Shown here: piece by piece, positions 52,201 to 64,000 of the stretch | Layout: every line of letters starts with the position of its first letter | How positions within the stretch are numbered: the first letter of the stretch is position 1 | Assembly (NCBI RefSeq): GCF_006345805.1 | Contig: NC_043009.1 | Location: forward strand, 5,642,001 to 5,706,000 | Length of the DNA stretch: 64,000 nucleotides | Source of the DNA: Octopus sinensis | Taxonomy: Eukaryota | Direction of reading: 5' to 3' | Translations under genes and position numbers: made by a program | Notes under the pieces: generated by a model | What the model was told of the DNA's origin: nothing | Seen by the model: the letters and a program-made list of their open reading frames with translations, nothing else | Databases searched by the model: none

Positions 52201-53677
52201 GCCTCTCCGGCTAATATAGTCTCTAGAATCATCTAAAGTTCCAAGTGTGATTTGCTCCAAACCGCCTGCTTATTGGCTGAGTGCATTTCAAATTTCATTC
52301 TCTCTTATTTTTCTCTCTCATTCTCTCCCCGCCTCTCTCTCACTCTCTCTCTCTCTCTGTTTCTCTCTCATGACTTTTAGTGTTGGCATTAGATTACTAC
52401 TTCCTGTGGATATGGTGTGCAATAGCTCCTGAAAAGCATCTCATTCTGATAGTTGTGTTTCCAAAACCATCCTGCATCTCAGTAGGTATCTTTAATCTGC
52501 GTTGCATCTATATCTGTCTAGATCATTCTCTGGATTAAAGCAACTTGAGTGGATGTGGAAGTAGCATAATGGACTTCAGGATATGACCAAACAAATTATG
52601 CAGGGCAACCAAACTGTGAATCGATATTGCAAGATTGCATAAGAGCAAAGTAAAATTTTGAACAAACACGGATTTCGATAGACCCCAGCAAGTAAATCAC
52701 AAGATCTTGTGAAATACGTCTATGGGCCTTTACTGGATTGTCGATTAAGAAGTGTGCCACTTAAGTAAAAGGTTCGATTTTTTCCCAATGCATCTTCACA
52801 CCACAATAGATATAGTATATGTTGTTTTATCTATGTGAATCAACATCGATGTTGTTTTTTATAAGCGTGCTGGCTTCACGAACAAAATACGGTCAGGCGA
52901 ATAATAATATTTTCTAATATTATAATATTAAAACAATAAAAGCGAAAATTAAGAAAGCTTATGCTACAAGGGTATATAAATTTCTAATCATGTCTTATAT
53001 CCATATATCTGTCTGTTTTATTCTCTATAGAAAAACTTGCAACATAAAATAATAAAGCAAAATCGAAAGCATTCAAAAGAAAAATAAATAAATGCAAGTA
53101 AGTAGATAAAAATAAGACAATAGAAACATTATAGATTTTTTTTCCTATCTCAGCCATGATAACACCCGACCGATGAAGAGGAACGTTCATGCGAATGTTT
53201 GGTACATTAATACAACATTGTTGAAGAGAAAGGGGGAAAAAAAGAGATGATAAGGAAGTCAAAGAACAAAAGAAGTTGAATAAAGGCAAAATAAGAACAA
53301 AAAAATAATAAAGAAGAGCAAATTAAATTATCATTTATCGAGGTTTCAGACAATTTTACGCCAAGACAACATCTAGATCGATATGGTATAAAATACAAAT
53401 TCTTCTGTATTACTCACTTTCTCACCTTGATTATTTAGAAAATAAAACACTCATCATTTAACATAGTCTTCAAAGTAACATTCTACGCATCGAATACTTC
53501 ATACATAGAAGAAAAAGTACCAAAAATGGAAACAGTGTAACAAAACGAATAAAACGAATAAAAACTAAAAGAAAAAAAAGAATATGAAATAAATAAACCT
53601 AAAATAAATTTTAAGGCAAACGCTAATACATATGTATACAAGTACACAACATATGTACATACATGTATAATATCTGC

Positions 53678-53753
<76 letters not shown>

Positions 53754-54593
53754 CATACATATATATTTGTGCACACAAACGCATACATACACATATGGGT
53801 ATACGTTTGCGGGTATGTATGTACTTCTGTAAGTGTGAGGGTTTGTGTGATTGTGTGTGTCTGTATTTTCTGTGTTTCAGTGTACATACATACATACAAA
53901 CATACATACATACATACATACATACATACAACATACATACATACATACATGCATGCATGCATATACGCATATATACTACATACATACGTACACAGATATA
54001 GAGAGACATATGTCCATATACAATTTGTAAAATACAAGCAAGATAAACAAATTACGAAAGAACTAGTACTTTTTAGTATTTTATATGTTCCTTTTGTTTC
54101 CTTTATTTATATTTTATTTCATGTATTTTCTATTTATTTTATTTATCCTTATTTCCCTTATTCTGGAATGTTTGATAGAATTACTTCAGAGTAAGAAATC
54201 GATCAGTTCGAACACGTTATGTTGTCTTATTGCTCAGAAGCGAGTAATTATATATAAACATTGAGGCAAATCCCCTAATTACATTAGATCTATCCCTTCA
54301 GACTATTCTACAGGCGCCTATTTATTCAACTAAGAGCTATAGAACCAAATATTTAGGCAATCCTTACACTACAAGTTTAGCACGCTTGTGAGCCTGAGAA
54401 TGGTATGTTTACCAAGCTACATACAATGTTTAACACTATTTAAAAGCAGAGAGTGACATGTATGAGTCATCTTTTATAGATAAAAAAGAAAATCAATAAT
54501 CAAACTGGTTAATCAATGATGCTAAAGATGTGATAGAAATACTTCATCATTTGTCACACAGAAAGTAATGCTAAAATTTCAAATAATAATAAT

Positions 54594-55690
54594 ACTTTCT
54601 ACTATAGGCAAAAGGCCTGAAATCTTCGGAGAAGGGGAAAGTCGATTACATTGACCCCAGTGCGTAACTGGTACTTATGTCATCAACTTCGAAAGGATGA
54701 CGAGCAAAGTTAACCTCGGTGGAATGTGAAATCAGAACGTAAGGACGGACGAAATTTCGCTAAGCATTTTGCTCGGCGCGCTAACGATTCTTATATCTTT
54801 ACTGCCCACAAGGATCTACACACAGAGGGTCAAACAAGAACTAACAAACAGAGTAAGTCTATTATATCGACCCCAGTGCGTAACAGGTACTTATTTAAAC
54901 GACTCCGAAAGGATGAAAGGCAAAGTCGCGGTCGGCACAATTTGAACTCAGAACGTAGCGGCAGACGAAATACCACTAAACATTTCGCCAGCGTGCTAAC
55001 GTTTCTGCTTTTCTTCAAATAATCCTTGCTGCCATAGGCACAAGACTGAAATTTTGGGAGAAGGGGATAGTCAATTACATCGAGCCCAGCGTATAACTGG
55101 TACTTATTTTATTGACCGCGTAAGGATAAACGGCAAAGTCGACCTCGACGGAATTTGAACTCAGAACGTAAACACGGACGAAATTACATTAGGCATTTCA
55201 CCCGGCGTGCTAACGAGTCTGCGAGCTCGCTGCCATTTTTGAAACCACGATAATAACTTTGATTCTTTTTCAATTCGACACACGTCAAGAATTTTAAAAC
55301 TGAGGTCAACTCTGCTACCTCTACAACAATGTTCAGGTAGAAGATAATTATCATTTTCTACACTAGCTACAAGGCCCGAAATTTGGTGGATTAGATCGAC
55401 CCCAGTACGCAACTGGTACTTAATTTATCGACATTGAAAGGATGTAAGGCCAGGACGATCTCAGCAGAATTTGAAGTCAGAATGTAAAGACAGACGAAAT
55501 ATCGCTAAGCATTTTGCCCGGCGTGCTAACGTTTCTGCCAGCTCGCCTCCTTTGGAATTTAAGTATTGACTACGAAAGGATGTTAGACAAAGTCGACTTC
55601 AGCAACATTTGAACACATAACATAAGAAGCGCAAGAAATGCCGCAAAACATTTTGTTCGTCCCAGTAACGATTCTGCCAAACCATCTGAT
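54594..55690 (-). mobile_element. Head-to-tail array of five SINE family C copies
   Basis: Copies at ~54594-54790, 54800-55010, 55022-55235, 55350-55550 and 55560-55690, each with aaggatga..ggcaaagtcgacctcgg...atttgaactcagaacgta. Confidence 0.85.
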
Positions 55691-56869
55691 TTGGGCGCAA
55701 TGCCAGCAATGTTGGGGAAAGAGATTTACTGGATTATATATTGGTATATTATCGACCATATTTGTCGTAACTGCGTAACTGTTGTTTTTGCTGCAATTGT
55801 TCAGACAAAGCCGATTTTCATGGAAGAATGGAAGAAGTGAAGTAATGTACAGCACATACATTTGACTATAAACGAATCATTTGTGAAAGTTGAGCAACAA
55901 AAACTGAACATAGATACGTCGTCTTGAATGGGATATTCCTTCAAATATGCACACATAAACACACACACATACTTGTATATTTATAAATGTTATCTTTTAT
56001 CTGGTTCAGTCATTAGACTGAGGTCATACTGAGGCACTCCTTTGAAGAATTTCATTTAGTTGAATGAATCGATCCAGGGCATAGTCTATTTAAGCCTGGT
56101 AGCTATTCTCCCGATAGCCTGTGTTGAACAGCTAGATTACGGGACTTAGTGGTCAGGAACAAACGGGTGTCAAGCAGTGGTCAGGAACAAACGCACACAC
56201 ACGGAAACACACATTTACACACCCACACACGCACACACACACACATATATATAAGAAGTCGGTGCTAGATGTGTCGAAACAATATTTGTGATTAATAATA
56301 TATACCCGTATATTCCATCTTCTGTCTTACCTATATATATATATATACGGCGTACATGTTTCAGTTTCCTTGAAGCATATCTACTCAAAACTTATTGGTC
56401 AGCCTGGGCTGTAGTAATGAATGCCTGCCCATGTTGCAGATGCGAAACAAAATTCTTACTCTGCCACTTCCGAGCCTGTATCGTACCCTGTTTCATAAGT
56501 GTTGTTGTGTATTGGAATGTGATTCGAGTTTTGTCTTTATCTCTGATCCATCAAATTCAATTTTATTCAGCTAAATCCCTTAAATTTAAAGGAAGTGTAT
56601 AGCCCATACACTCAATACCATAATTTAAGAGACATCGTGTATATTTGCTTAGTTAAGATATGACTTGCTTAAAATAAGACTTAAGACTAAGTTAAGATAA
56701 AACTTTTTCAAAGAGAAATTTTTGTGGTCGACATTTTGAGGAACAGTTCTTCTGATAGGTACAATGCAGCGAAACATAGCAAGGAAAGAGTTACATAGAC
56801 GTTGAATATGAATACCGTAAATAAGAAACCTCGAATAATTATCCAGTATGGACATTAAACGACGTGCCA

Positions 56870-57080
56870 AAATCATCATCATCATCATCATCATCAGTCT
56901 TCATTGTCGTCATCGTCGTCGTTGTCACCATCATCACCACCATCATTTAGGGCCCCCTTTTTCCATAGTTAGATAGGTGAGACGATTCTAAATCTAACCT
57001 GCCCTTCCTAAATCCAACCACTTCACATAGTGTACAGGATGTTTATTTCGTGACCCCATCACTGGTGATGCTGCTAAATA
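56870..57080 (-). mobile_element. Probable RTE-type 3' tail ending in (GAT)n
   Basis: (CAT)n followed by catcattta...tttccat...gcccttcctaa.ccaaccac, resembling short-repeat-tailed RTE ends. Confidence 0.35.
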
Positions 57081-57866
57081 TCCCCAAGAGAAGAAATCTC
57101 AATTGTGTGGGGTACAGTAAGAAAAAATTGAATGGGTAGGCAATGGCTCTAGAATAAAATTAGTCTGACCGATAGAGTTGGATTCAGTAAATATGCATTT
57201 TGGGGAAGAAAATAAAACTGGGTAACGTTAGATTGGTGATAAGGGACAGTAGTTGGGGTACAACATAAAGAGTAGGGGGATAAGCAGTATCAAAAGGAAT
57301 ACGATCCCGTTGATTTTATGCTGATATTCAATTCATTTCATTCACATATCACACAAACTTGAACGCGTAAATTGTTGAAGTGAGATTCATCGAAAATCTC
57401 AATTAACACTGCAGAATTTTTTGATTCTTAATTGGTAATTCTCTGTAATTACGTGTTCGCTGTTCCCCTGGAGGCTGCTATCATGGCAGTAAGAGAGGGA
57501 GAGAGAGAGAGGAAGACTGAGTTTCTGAGCTTAAGGGGAGAGAAACACAGCTGCGATTATTTTTCTCTAGTTCTAAGTTTGGAGGTTTTTGTTATTCTTC
57601 TCCCAGAGATTAAAAAATGGATATGTGGTGAAAGAGTATTCAGGGTTTTGATTATGATTCTAGTTTAAGGTGGAAATATTTAGATCAAAATAATAAAATA
57701 TAAATGTCGTAAATTTACGAGATATTTATATTTATAAAACTCAAAAATGTGGCATGATTTAAGAATTACAGATTTCAAACAGTCTTTATCCATAATCCAT
57801 TATTCAAACGCTTGGGTACACATATTTCTTTTTTATTTATGCACCCTTTTCAAGTCTACCAAGGCT

Positions 57867-58095
57867 CGTGGGACCGGTTTCCCGGTTTCTGTGGCGTATG
57901 TGTTCCCCCAGATGGACAGGACACCAGTCCACCACAGCGTTACTCAAGAAATAGGAATAAAGAGTGAGAGAAAGTTGTGGCGAAAGAGTACAACAGGGTC
58001 ACCCCACCTTCCGGTGCTTGTGGAGCTTTTAGGTGTTTTCGCTCAATAAACACACAGCGAGTCCGCTGCCCTAACCACTGGGCCATTGCGCCTTC
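57867..58095 (-). mobile_element. SINE family B relative (V-like) with an internal deletion in the head
   Basis: Minus strand aggcgcaatggcccagtggttagggcagcggactcgc...gtggtggactggtgtcctgtccatc...gaaaccgggaaaccgg. Confidence 0.75.
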
Positions 58096-58139
58096 ACTTG
58101 GGTACACATATACGAACATTTTTTTCGTAACATTTCTCA

Positions 58140-58345
58140 GGTATTTGGCGGTGACCTGGCAGAATCGGAGGGCAATCAGAAAAAATGCTTAGCAGCGTTT
58201 ATCCGAACGCTTTACCTTCGGAGATCAAATCCTGCTGAAGTCACTTTTGCCTTTTATCTTTTCGGTGCCGATAAATGAAATTAACTGTCATGTCCTGGAG
58301 TCGATGTGATCAGCTTATTTCTACCTCGCAATTGCTGGCCTTGTG
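58140..58345 (+). mobile_element. Degenerate SINE family C
   Basis: ggcggtgacctggcagaatcg...aaatgcttagcagcg...cttttgccttttatcttttcggtgccgataaat. Confidence 0.65.
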
Positions 58346-58349
58346 TCAT

Positions 58350-58860
58350 CTTGCAAGACTTTTCCCCTTAAAAGCAACATTTGGTTTTAATTTATTAACA
58401 TCCACAATACAAACATGTACTAAAACGAACCTGCTTTCCTCATATCCGTTAGTTTTCGCCAATACAGCTTTCTTCGTTTCGTATATTTGTTTCTCAGTTC
58501 CTTTCTCCGGTTTGCCAAGTTCGAGAGGGGTTTCTCCCCACGTTGCCAACACTTGATATCACTGAAAGTTTCTTCTGCTGATTTCTGGTTATAAATTGGC
58601 GAAACGCTAATATCTCCCACATCAACATCAGCTGGCATCTCGTGTGCACTCATCGGCACTTGCCTTAAATGAACTTAATTTCCAAAATTCTGCCTTTGAT
58701 GTTCCGCAGATATTGGCATGACTCATCAATTCGCATATCATTTATCTTGACATTTCCTGAGTATCTACTCGACAAATTTCTTCTCCATTTGTGACCACTT
58801 GCAGTTGATCTAATCACACTTTGATTATAAGATTTCAGCAGTTCGTTCCATGTAGTTACT
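58350..58860 (-). pseudogene. Degenerate RTE-type LINE fragment (APE C-terminus and linker)
   Basis: Fragments NCK.VTNGEE, EFWKL and ETKKAVLAKTNGYEESRF resemble the RTE NCKV+.GEE, WKL and AK+.V..AK....+F motifs. Confidence 0.5.
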
Positions 58861-59439
58861 CATTCTCTCACCAGTTCCTCCAAAAATCCAAAGAAACCTG
58901 CTGTTACATAGATATATTCCCTTCCAGAAACTTCAACACATATTTAATTTGAATGCTTAAGCCATTTTCACAAAAATATTTTCAAATAACATGGAAAACT
59001 ATATTCTCCGAAAATAATGTTAAAATAAAACAGTCCAACTTTATTCAGTACAAGTTATAGAGGAACTAAAATTAGTTATTTATCCCGGTTGATTTACACT
59101 GAACTTTGAACTGAATTCCATGCATTTCCCCGGTAATTGTGTTCGTATAACAGTAATAATACTAATTTTAAAATAAATACGTTGATGGGGCTTTATCTTT
59201 TCTCACTTACAAGACAACACTGTTTACAATTTATGATCGTTGATCTAACGTCTAAGGCATGTAGCCTGATGGGGTTTTCTATACTTTATGTACGCTGCAC
59301 AATCAGCAGTATGTTATAGCGAAATATTCTTGTAAATGCATATGACCTAGCTGACATGATAAATCAATCTTTTCTTTTTTCTACATTAATTACACTTGTT
59401 ATTCCATAATGAATTTCGGAAATCCCTGCTTAGCAGCTT

Positions 59440-59671
59440 CTGCAGTAGTTTCTGCTTCAGTACTTGCCCGACTAGTATCATATAAGAGACCTTGCCAAGT
59501 GGAAAATGTAGAGAAGCCAATACCACAAATATGTCGAATCCCTAAGATACAGAGGCATAGAAACACCAGCATTGGTTGTTACGCGGTGAAGTAGGGCAGT
59601 GAGACAAAGATACACACATGGATACATACAAGCGCACATACACATACACACACACACAATCACACACACAC

Positions 59672-59709
<38 letters not shown>

Positions 59710-59880
59710 AGAGAGGAGAGAGAGAGGACGAACCTCGTTCACTTTCCGTCTTCCAACTCTACACACAAGGTTTTGATCAGCCCTGTGCTAGGTAAAAAGA
59801 CACTTAGCGAAGGTGCCATGAAGTGAGATTGAATCCTGAACCACGTGGGTGGGATGCAAACTTCTTACCACACAGCCACA
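59440..59880 (-). mobile_element. Diverged SINE family A
   Basis: Tail around 59440-59600 and head/core around 59735-59880. Confidence 0.6.
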
Positions 59881-59901
59881 TCTTGTATGTATATATGTAT
59901 G

Positions 59902-59935
<34 letters not shown>

Positions 59936-61189
59936 TGTATGTATGTATGTATGTATGTATGTATGTATGTATGTATGCATGTATGTATGGAGGTAGGTAG
60001 GTTGGTAGGTAGGTAGGTATATGTATATATATATAAATGTATATCAGTAATTACATGTGCGTATGGTTGTAGGTACCTCGTTTTGGGACAATTGGTCTTG
60101 GTGTCTTTTTGGCAAGAAAAGCAGTAATTGGACAGGTGCTCAGTTGTAAGCAAAATACTGGGAACGATGCAATCGTCTAAACCTCTCGAAAGGCAGCTAC
60201 GGTTCGCCCTTAATCTAGTGGTCGAAACAACAAGTAAAAGCGTATATATGCAACATTCATTTAATGTGTCACGTTCATTTTTAAAATGTCAAAGTAGGAT
60301 CCGAATTTTTCACAATTTGATCATATTTAGGCCGGAAGAGACTTCATCAAAAGTATCCATGATCAACAAATTATTGGCTGACATCTTCCCGAAGCACATT
60401 GGCCAATACCGTCCTTTACGCATTACACGACTGTGAGATTTTAGGCTGCAAATTGGCGAAAAGTATCGGCCCTTGTATGTAGCAAAGACATGGACACGTA
60501 GAAGTTTTACAGTTTTATCGACTGCTATTTAGTTTATCGACCACCAGAGATCTGAACACACAACATAAAGGTAAGCATATGTGTGCTACAGTGCATTAAT
60601 TCGCCTCCACAGATGCTTCCTACTCACTGTCCATGATATATGAATAATACAGCTAAATCAATATTATACCGCCAATCATGCATTACCGAACGTAACAGCA
60701 TAACTGATGTTGCAGGTTTTAAGGTTTTATGCCATTTGCAAAACTCCTATATTAAAAGCTACATAATACTCTTCGTGTCTATGAAGTATATATGTATGTT
60801 ATATGCATATATGTATGTGTTTATATATATATATATATTTATATATATGTATGTTGCATATGTTGATGTATATATGGATGTACGTACATGTATGGATGGA
60901 TGTATCATCTCCACATTAATAATGTTAGTAAAGTTTGTTTCAATTAATCTTGTTAACTATAAGCTGTAGGATAAGAGAAAATAGTCGATGAAAGGGTTTC
61001 TGGAGCGGTAATGTAAGATTACATGTATAAAGTTAGATTATGAGAGAATACGAGCTTGCAGTTATAAAATCATTGCCATTGCACAGCTCATTAGGATTCA
61101 TTATCACCTCTGATCTTAAGATCAAAGAGTTAACACGATCTAGAATGTACACACAAAGAGATACACACAGATACACAAAGACAAACACG

Positions 61190-61231
<42 letters not shown>

Positions 61232-61486
61232 AACACGTTGACAAACACTCACTCGTCGCAAACACATTGAGACACAGGGATATGCAATCACACACGCACA
61301 TATATACATACGTTTTATTTTAAGCTGAAATTACATAGATTGTGACTATTAGTTTCCCGTTCTGGCCATATTCAACCTTTTATAACCTACTCTGCATACC
61401 TGTATTGAGTTCTTCACACCTCTGGATGTTTACAACTTTGCGTAACGCCTTCCTACACTCAAACATACATGTGTGTGCGCGTATTC

Positions 61487-61531
<45 letters not shown>

Positions 61532-61664
61532 CATATAAAGAAACATACATATATATATATACATATATATAATATATATCTTTATATGTATATATACACA
61601 CATATATATATATACATACATACATACATACATCAATTTTGTTTATATATATATATATACACAG

Positions 61665-61699
<35 letters not shown>

Positions 61700-61704
<5 letters not shown>

Positions 61705-61711
61705 CTGTCTG

Positions 61712-61774
<63 letters not shown>

Positions 61775-61830
61775 GTCTATCTATCTATCTGTCTATATAT
61801 CTATCTATCTATCTATCTATCTATATATAT
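61700..61830. repeat. (TATC)n array within extensive (TA)n/(CATA)n microsatellites
   Basis: Read directly from the sequence. Confidence 0.95.
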
Positions 61831-62803
61831 ATATATATACACACATCTAAGCAAAAAACGTGTATACGTGAAAGAATGAGAGGAGTAATGCTGGAGAAGT
61901 GAGAGATTGATAGAGAGGTGCATCCATACTTTCATATAGAATTATAGCACGGCGTAGGAAAGAAGGAAAATATTCGTGATTGAAATTATACAGATGAATA
62001 TGGAAATATATATTTATGAGAATATGTAGATATAGTTAGTTGCATATGCATAGATATAAAGCACAACTAATACACTTGTCTGAATTTATATTTGTTTATG
62101 CACGTATATACTGCATATGTTTATGTAATTATGCATGTAGATATACATTATATTTTGTGATAAACTGATGCGGAAAAATAATAATGTTTTATCGCAAATG
62201 TCAATGTTTCTGCGTTCGAAACCGATTCAATTTTAATGTTTGTTTTATATTTTCTCATTTGTTACATTTTTGAACAATACATTAAAATTCACTACGGGAA
62301 CGGGAAGCCATATAGAGGCTGAGTGATATACGCACAAACATACATGCATTCATTCGTACACACACATACATGCATACATACATTCACTCATACTTACATA
62401 CACGTATGTATGTACGAATTTGTATGTGCATACAAGACTATAAGTTTTGGGATGGCATTTTTTTATATATATTTTAAATTATAAGCGAAAACAGAATATT
62501 CAAACATATTCATCATCGAAGTAAAATAAATTTTAGATTTATATATACATACATATAAATATACATACGCCTACATATATATATGTAGACATATGCGCAT
62601 AATGGATAAGGTATGTATATAAATGTACACACACATAAATTCATATGGACATAATTGATAATGTTTATAAGCGTATATATATATATACATGTGTGTGTTA
62701 GTGATGTGTATATGTGGGTGTATGTGTATGCATGTATATGTACGTACGTACACATGCACACACAAATATGTGTCTCTGTGTAAATAAACACACACACACA
62801 CAC

Positions 62804-62842
<39 letters not shown>

Positions 62843-64000
62843 ATATAGATGTCCGTTCCCAAGCTCATAAGCGCACACAGTTCTTCATATATGCATATAT
62901 GTACTTATAAAATGTATTTATCATTATTTACAATAGAATTCAACAAGCAGAAGTTGAAGGGGGAAAAAATGAAAGGAAGACTTAAAAAAGACCATTATAA
63001 TTCTATAAGTCTGTAAATATATTTAACAATACCATCGACATATTTATATTTGAAGTTAAATGGCACCTTGTTGTGAATTCAATACTCCAAATGGATGCAA
63101 TGCCCTTTGTAGAAGGTTTCGTCTTACCCTGAAAGAACATATTAAGTTTGTATATGTTTATCATTGTTGTTTAGATGTTGTGGTTTGTTCTTCTTTCAAT
63201 ATTTGTTTTGGAATCGTTTCTTTTTCATTTTTAAATTCAGAATACATTAACTAATGGAAACACTTTTTCGTTTTTCTTTTTGTAACTATTGTAGAAAGTT
63301 GCTGGTGAGAAATTGAATTTCTTTGAGAGCCTTAAAAAGAAAAACAAAAAAGAAAAAGAAAGAAAAAGAAAAACGTACTTAGGTTGTAATCTTCATAGTT
63401 TATTGATCCTGGATACTTTGATTTCTGAATAAAATAGGAAATATAGTGAAGAATTACAGAAAATTGAATTTATAAAGCTCTTTGATTACAAAATATTTGG
63501 TAAGATGATAGTAAGAGGAGGAAAGAGAGAGAGAGAAAGAGAGAGAGAGAAAAGGAAAGAGATGCTTGCAACTTTGTCATGAAGTCGTTTTAAAGAGTCC
63601 AACTATAAAAAGAAAATGAAGACACATAGATAGATAATTTGAGAGAAACAGCAAAAGAGGAGACATTTTATAAAAGAAAGAGAAAAAGATTATCAGTGAA
63701 AACAATGAAGAAAATAAAGGTGTTGACAATAATAAAGTTACATACGAGAGGGAGAAAAGAGAGAGAAAGAGAGTTAGAGAAAGAGGCAGTGAGGGGAGAA
63801 GTGAAAGAGAGGAAGATTCGATAATAAGAGAGAAAGTATTAAATATATAATGAATAAATGAATATAAAAATGCACGGAGAATGTTGAGAGAGTTCATTGC
63901 AAAGGAATGATTTATGCAAATGGGATGGGGGAAAAAACATTTATGAGAGTAATGTGAGAGATGGAGAGACTGATAAATATATAGACAATAGTGTAGTACA

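Noticed and set aside
502-63897. Most ORFs in the supplied track (YI/IY, HT/TH, CV/VC, poly-N, poly-L, poly-M, poly-E)
   Set aside because: They are translations of microsatellites, or of SINE sequence read through.
1-64000. CRISPR arrays, rRNA genes or intact prokaryotic-type systems
   Set aside because: None seen; there is no repeat-spacer array, and the DNA is eukaryotic repeat-rich sequence.

Overview
AT-rich, microsatellite-dense animal DNA with one 100-N scaffold gap (23099-23198). The SINE and repeat repertoire suggests an Octopus (coleoid cephalopod) genome; this is my inference. I cannot recognise any host protein-coding gene; most ORFs in the track are translated (TA)n, (CA)n or trinucleotide repeats. 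The window is a transposon graveyard: an R4/Dong-type LINE 3' end, RTE LINEs, four tRNA-derived SINE families, Tc1/mariner relics, MITEs and a non-autonomous Helitron. The most striking structure is a 5'-truncated Penelope-like element (PLE; RT C-terminus plus GIY-YIG) at 18641-21780 with ~620-bp inverted pseudo-LTRs. The pseudo-LTR carries a type I hammerhead ribozyme fold with a long stem II. A diverged homolog of that fold, with compensatory changes, lies in a short non-coding element at ~26.7 kb. Several other short non-coding elements, some with terminal or tandem redundancy, also sit inside (TA)n tracts, two of them inside a SINE's own internal microsatellite. Together these suggest a family of (TA)n-targeting, PLE-mobilised RNAs. 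Coordinates were read by eye; element boundaries are approximate. Indel-type differences between near-identical copies suggest some frameshifts are long-read errors.
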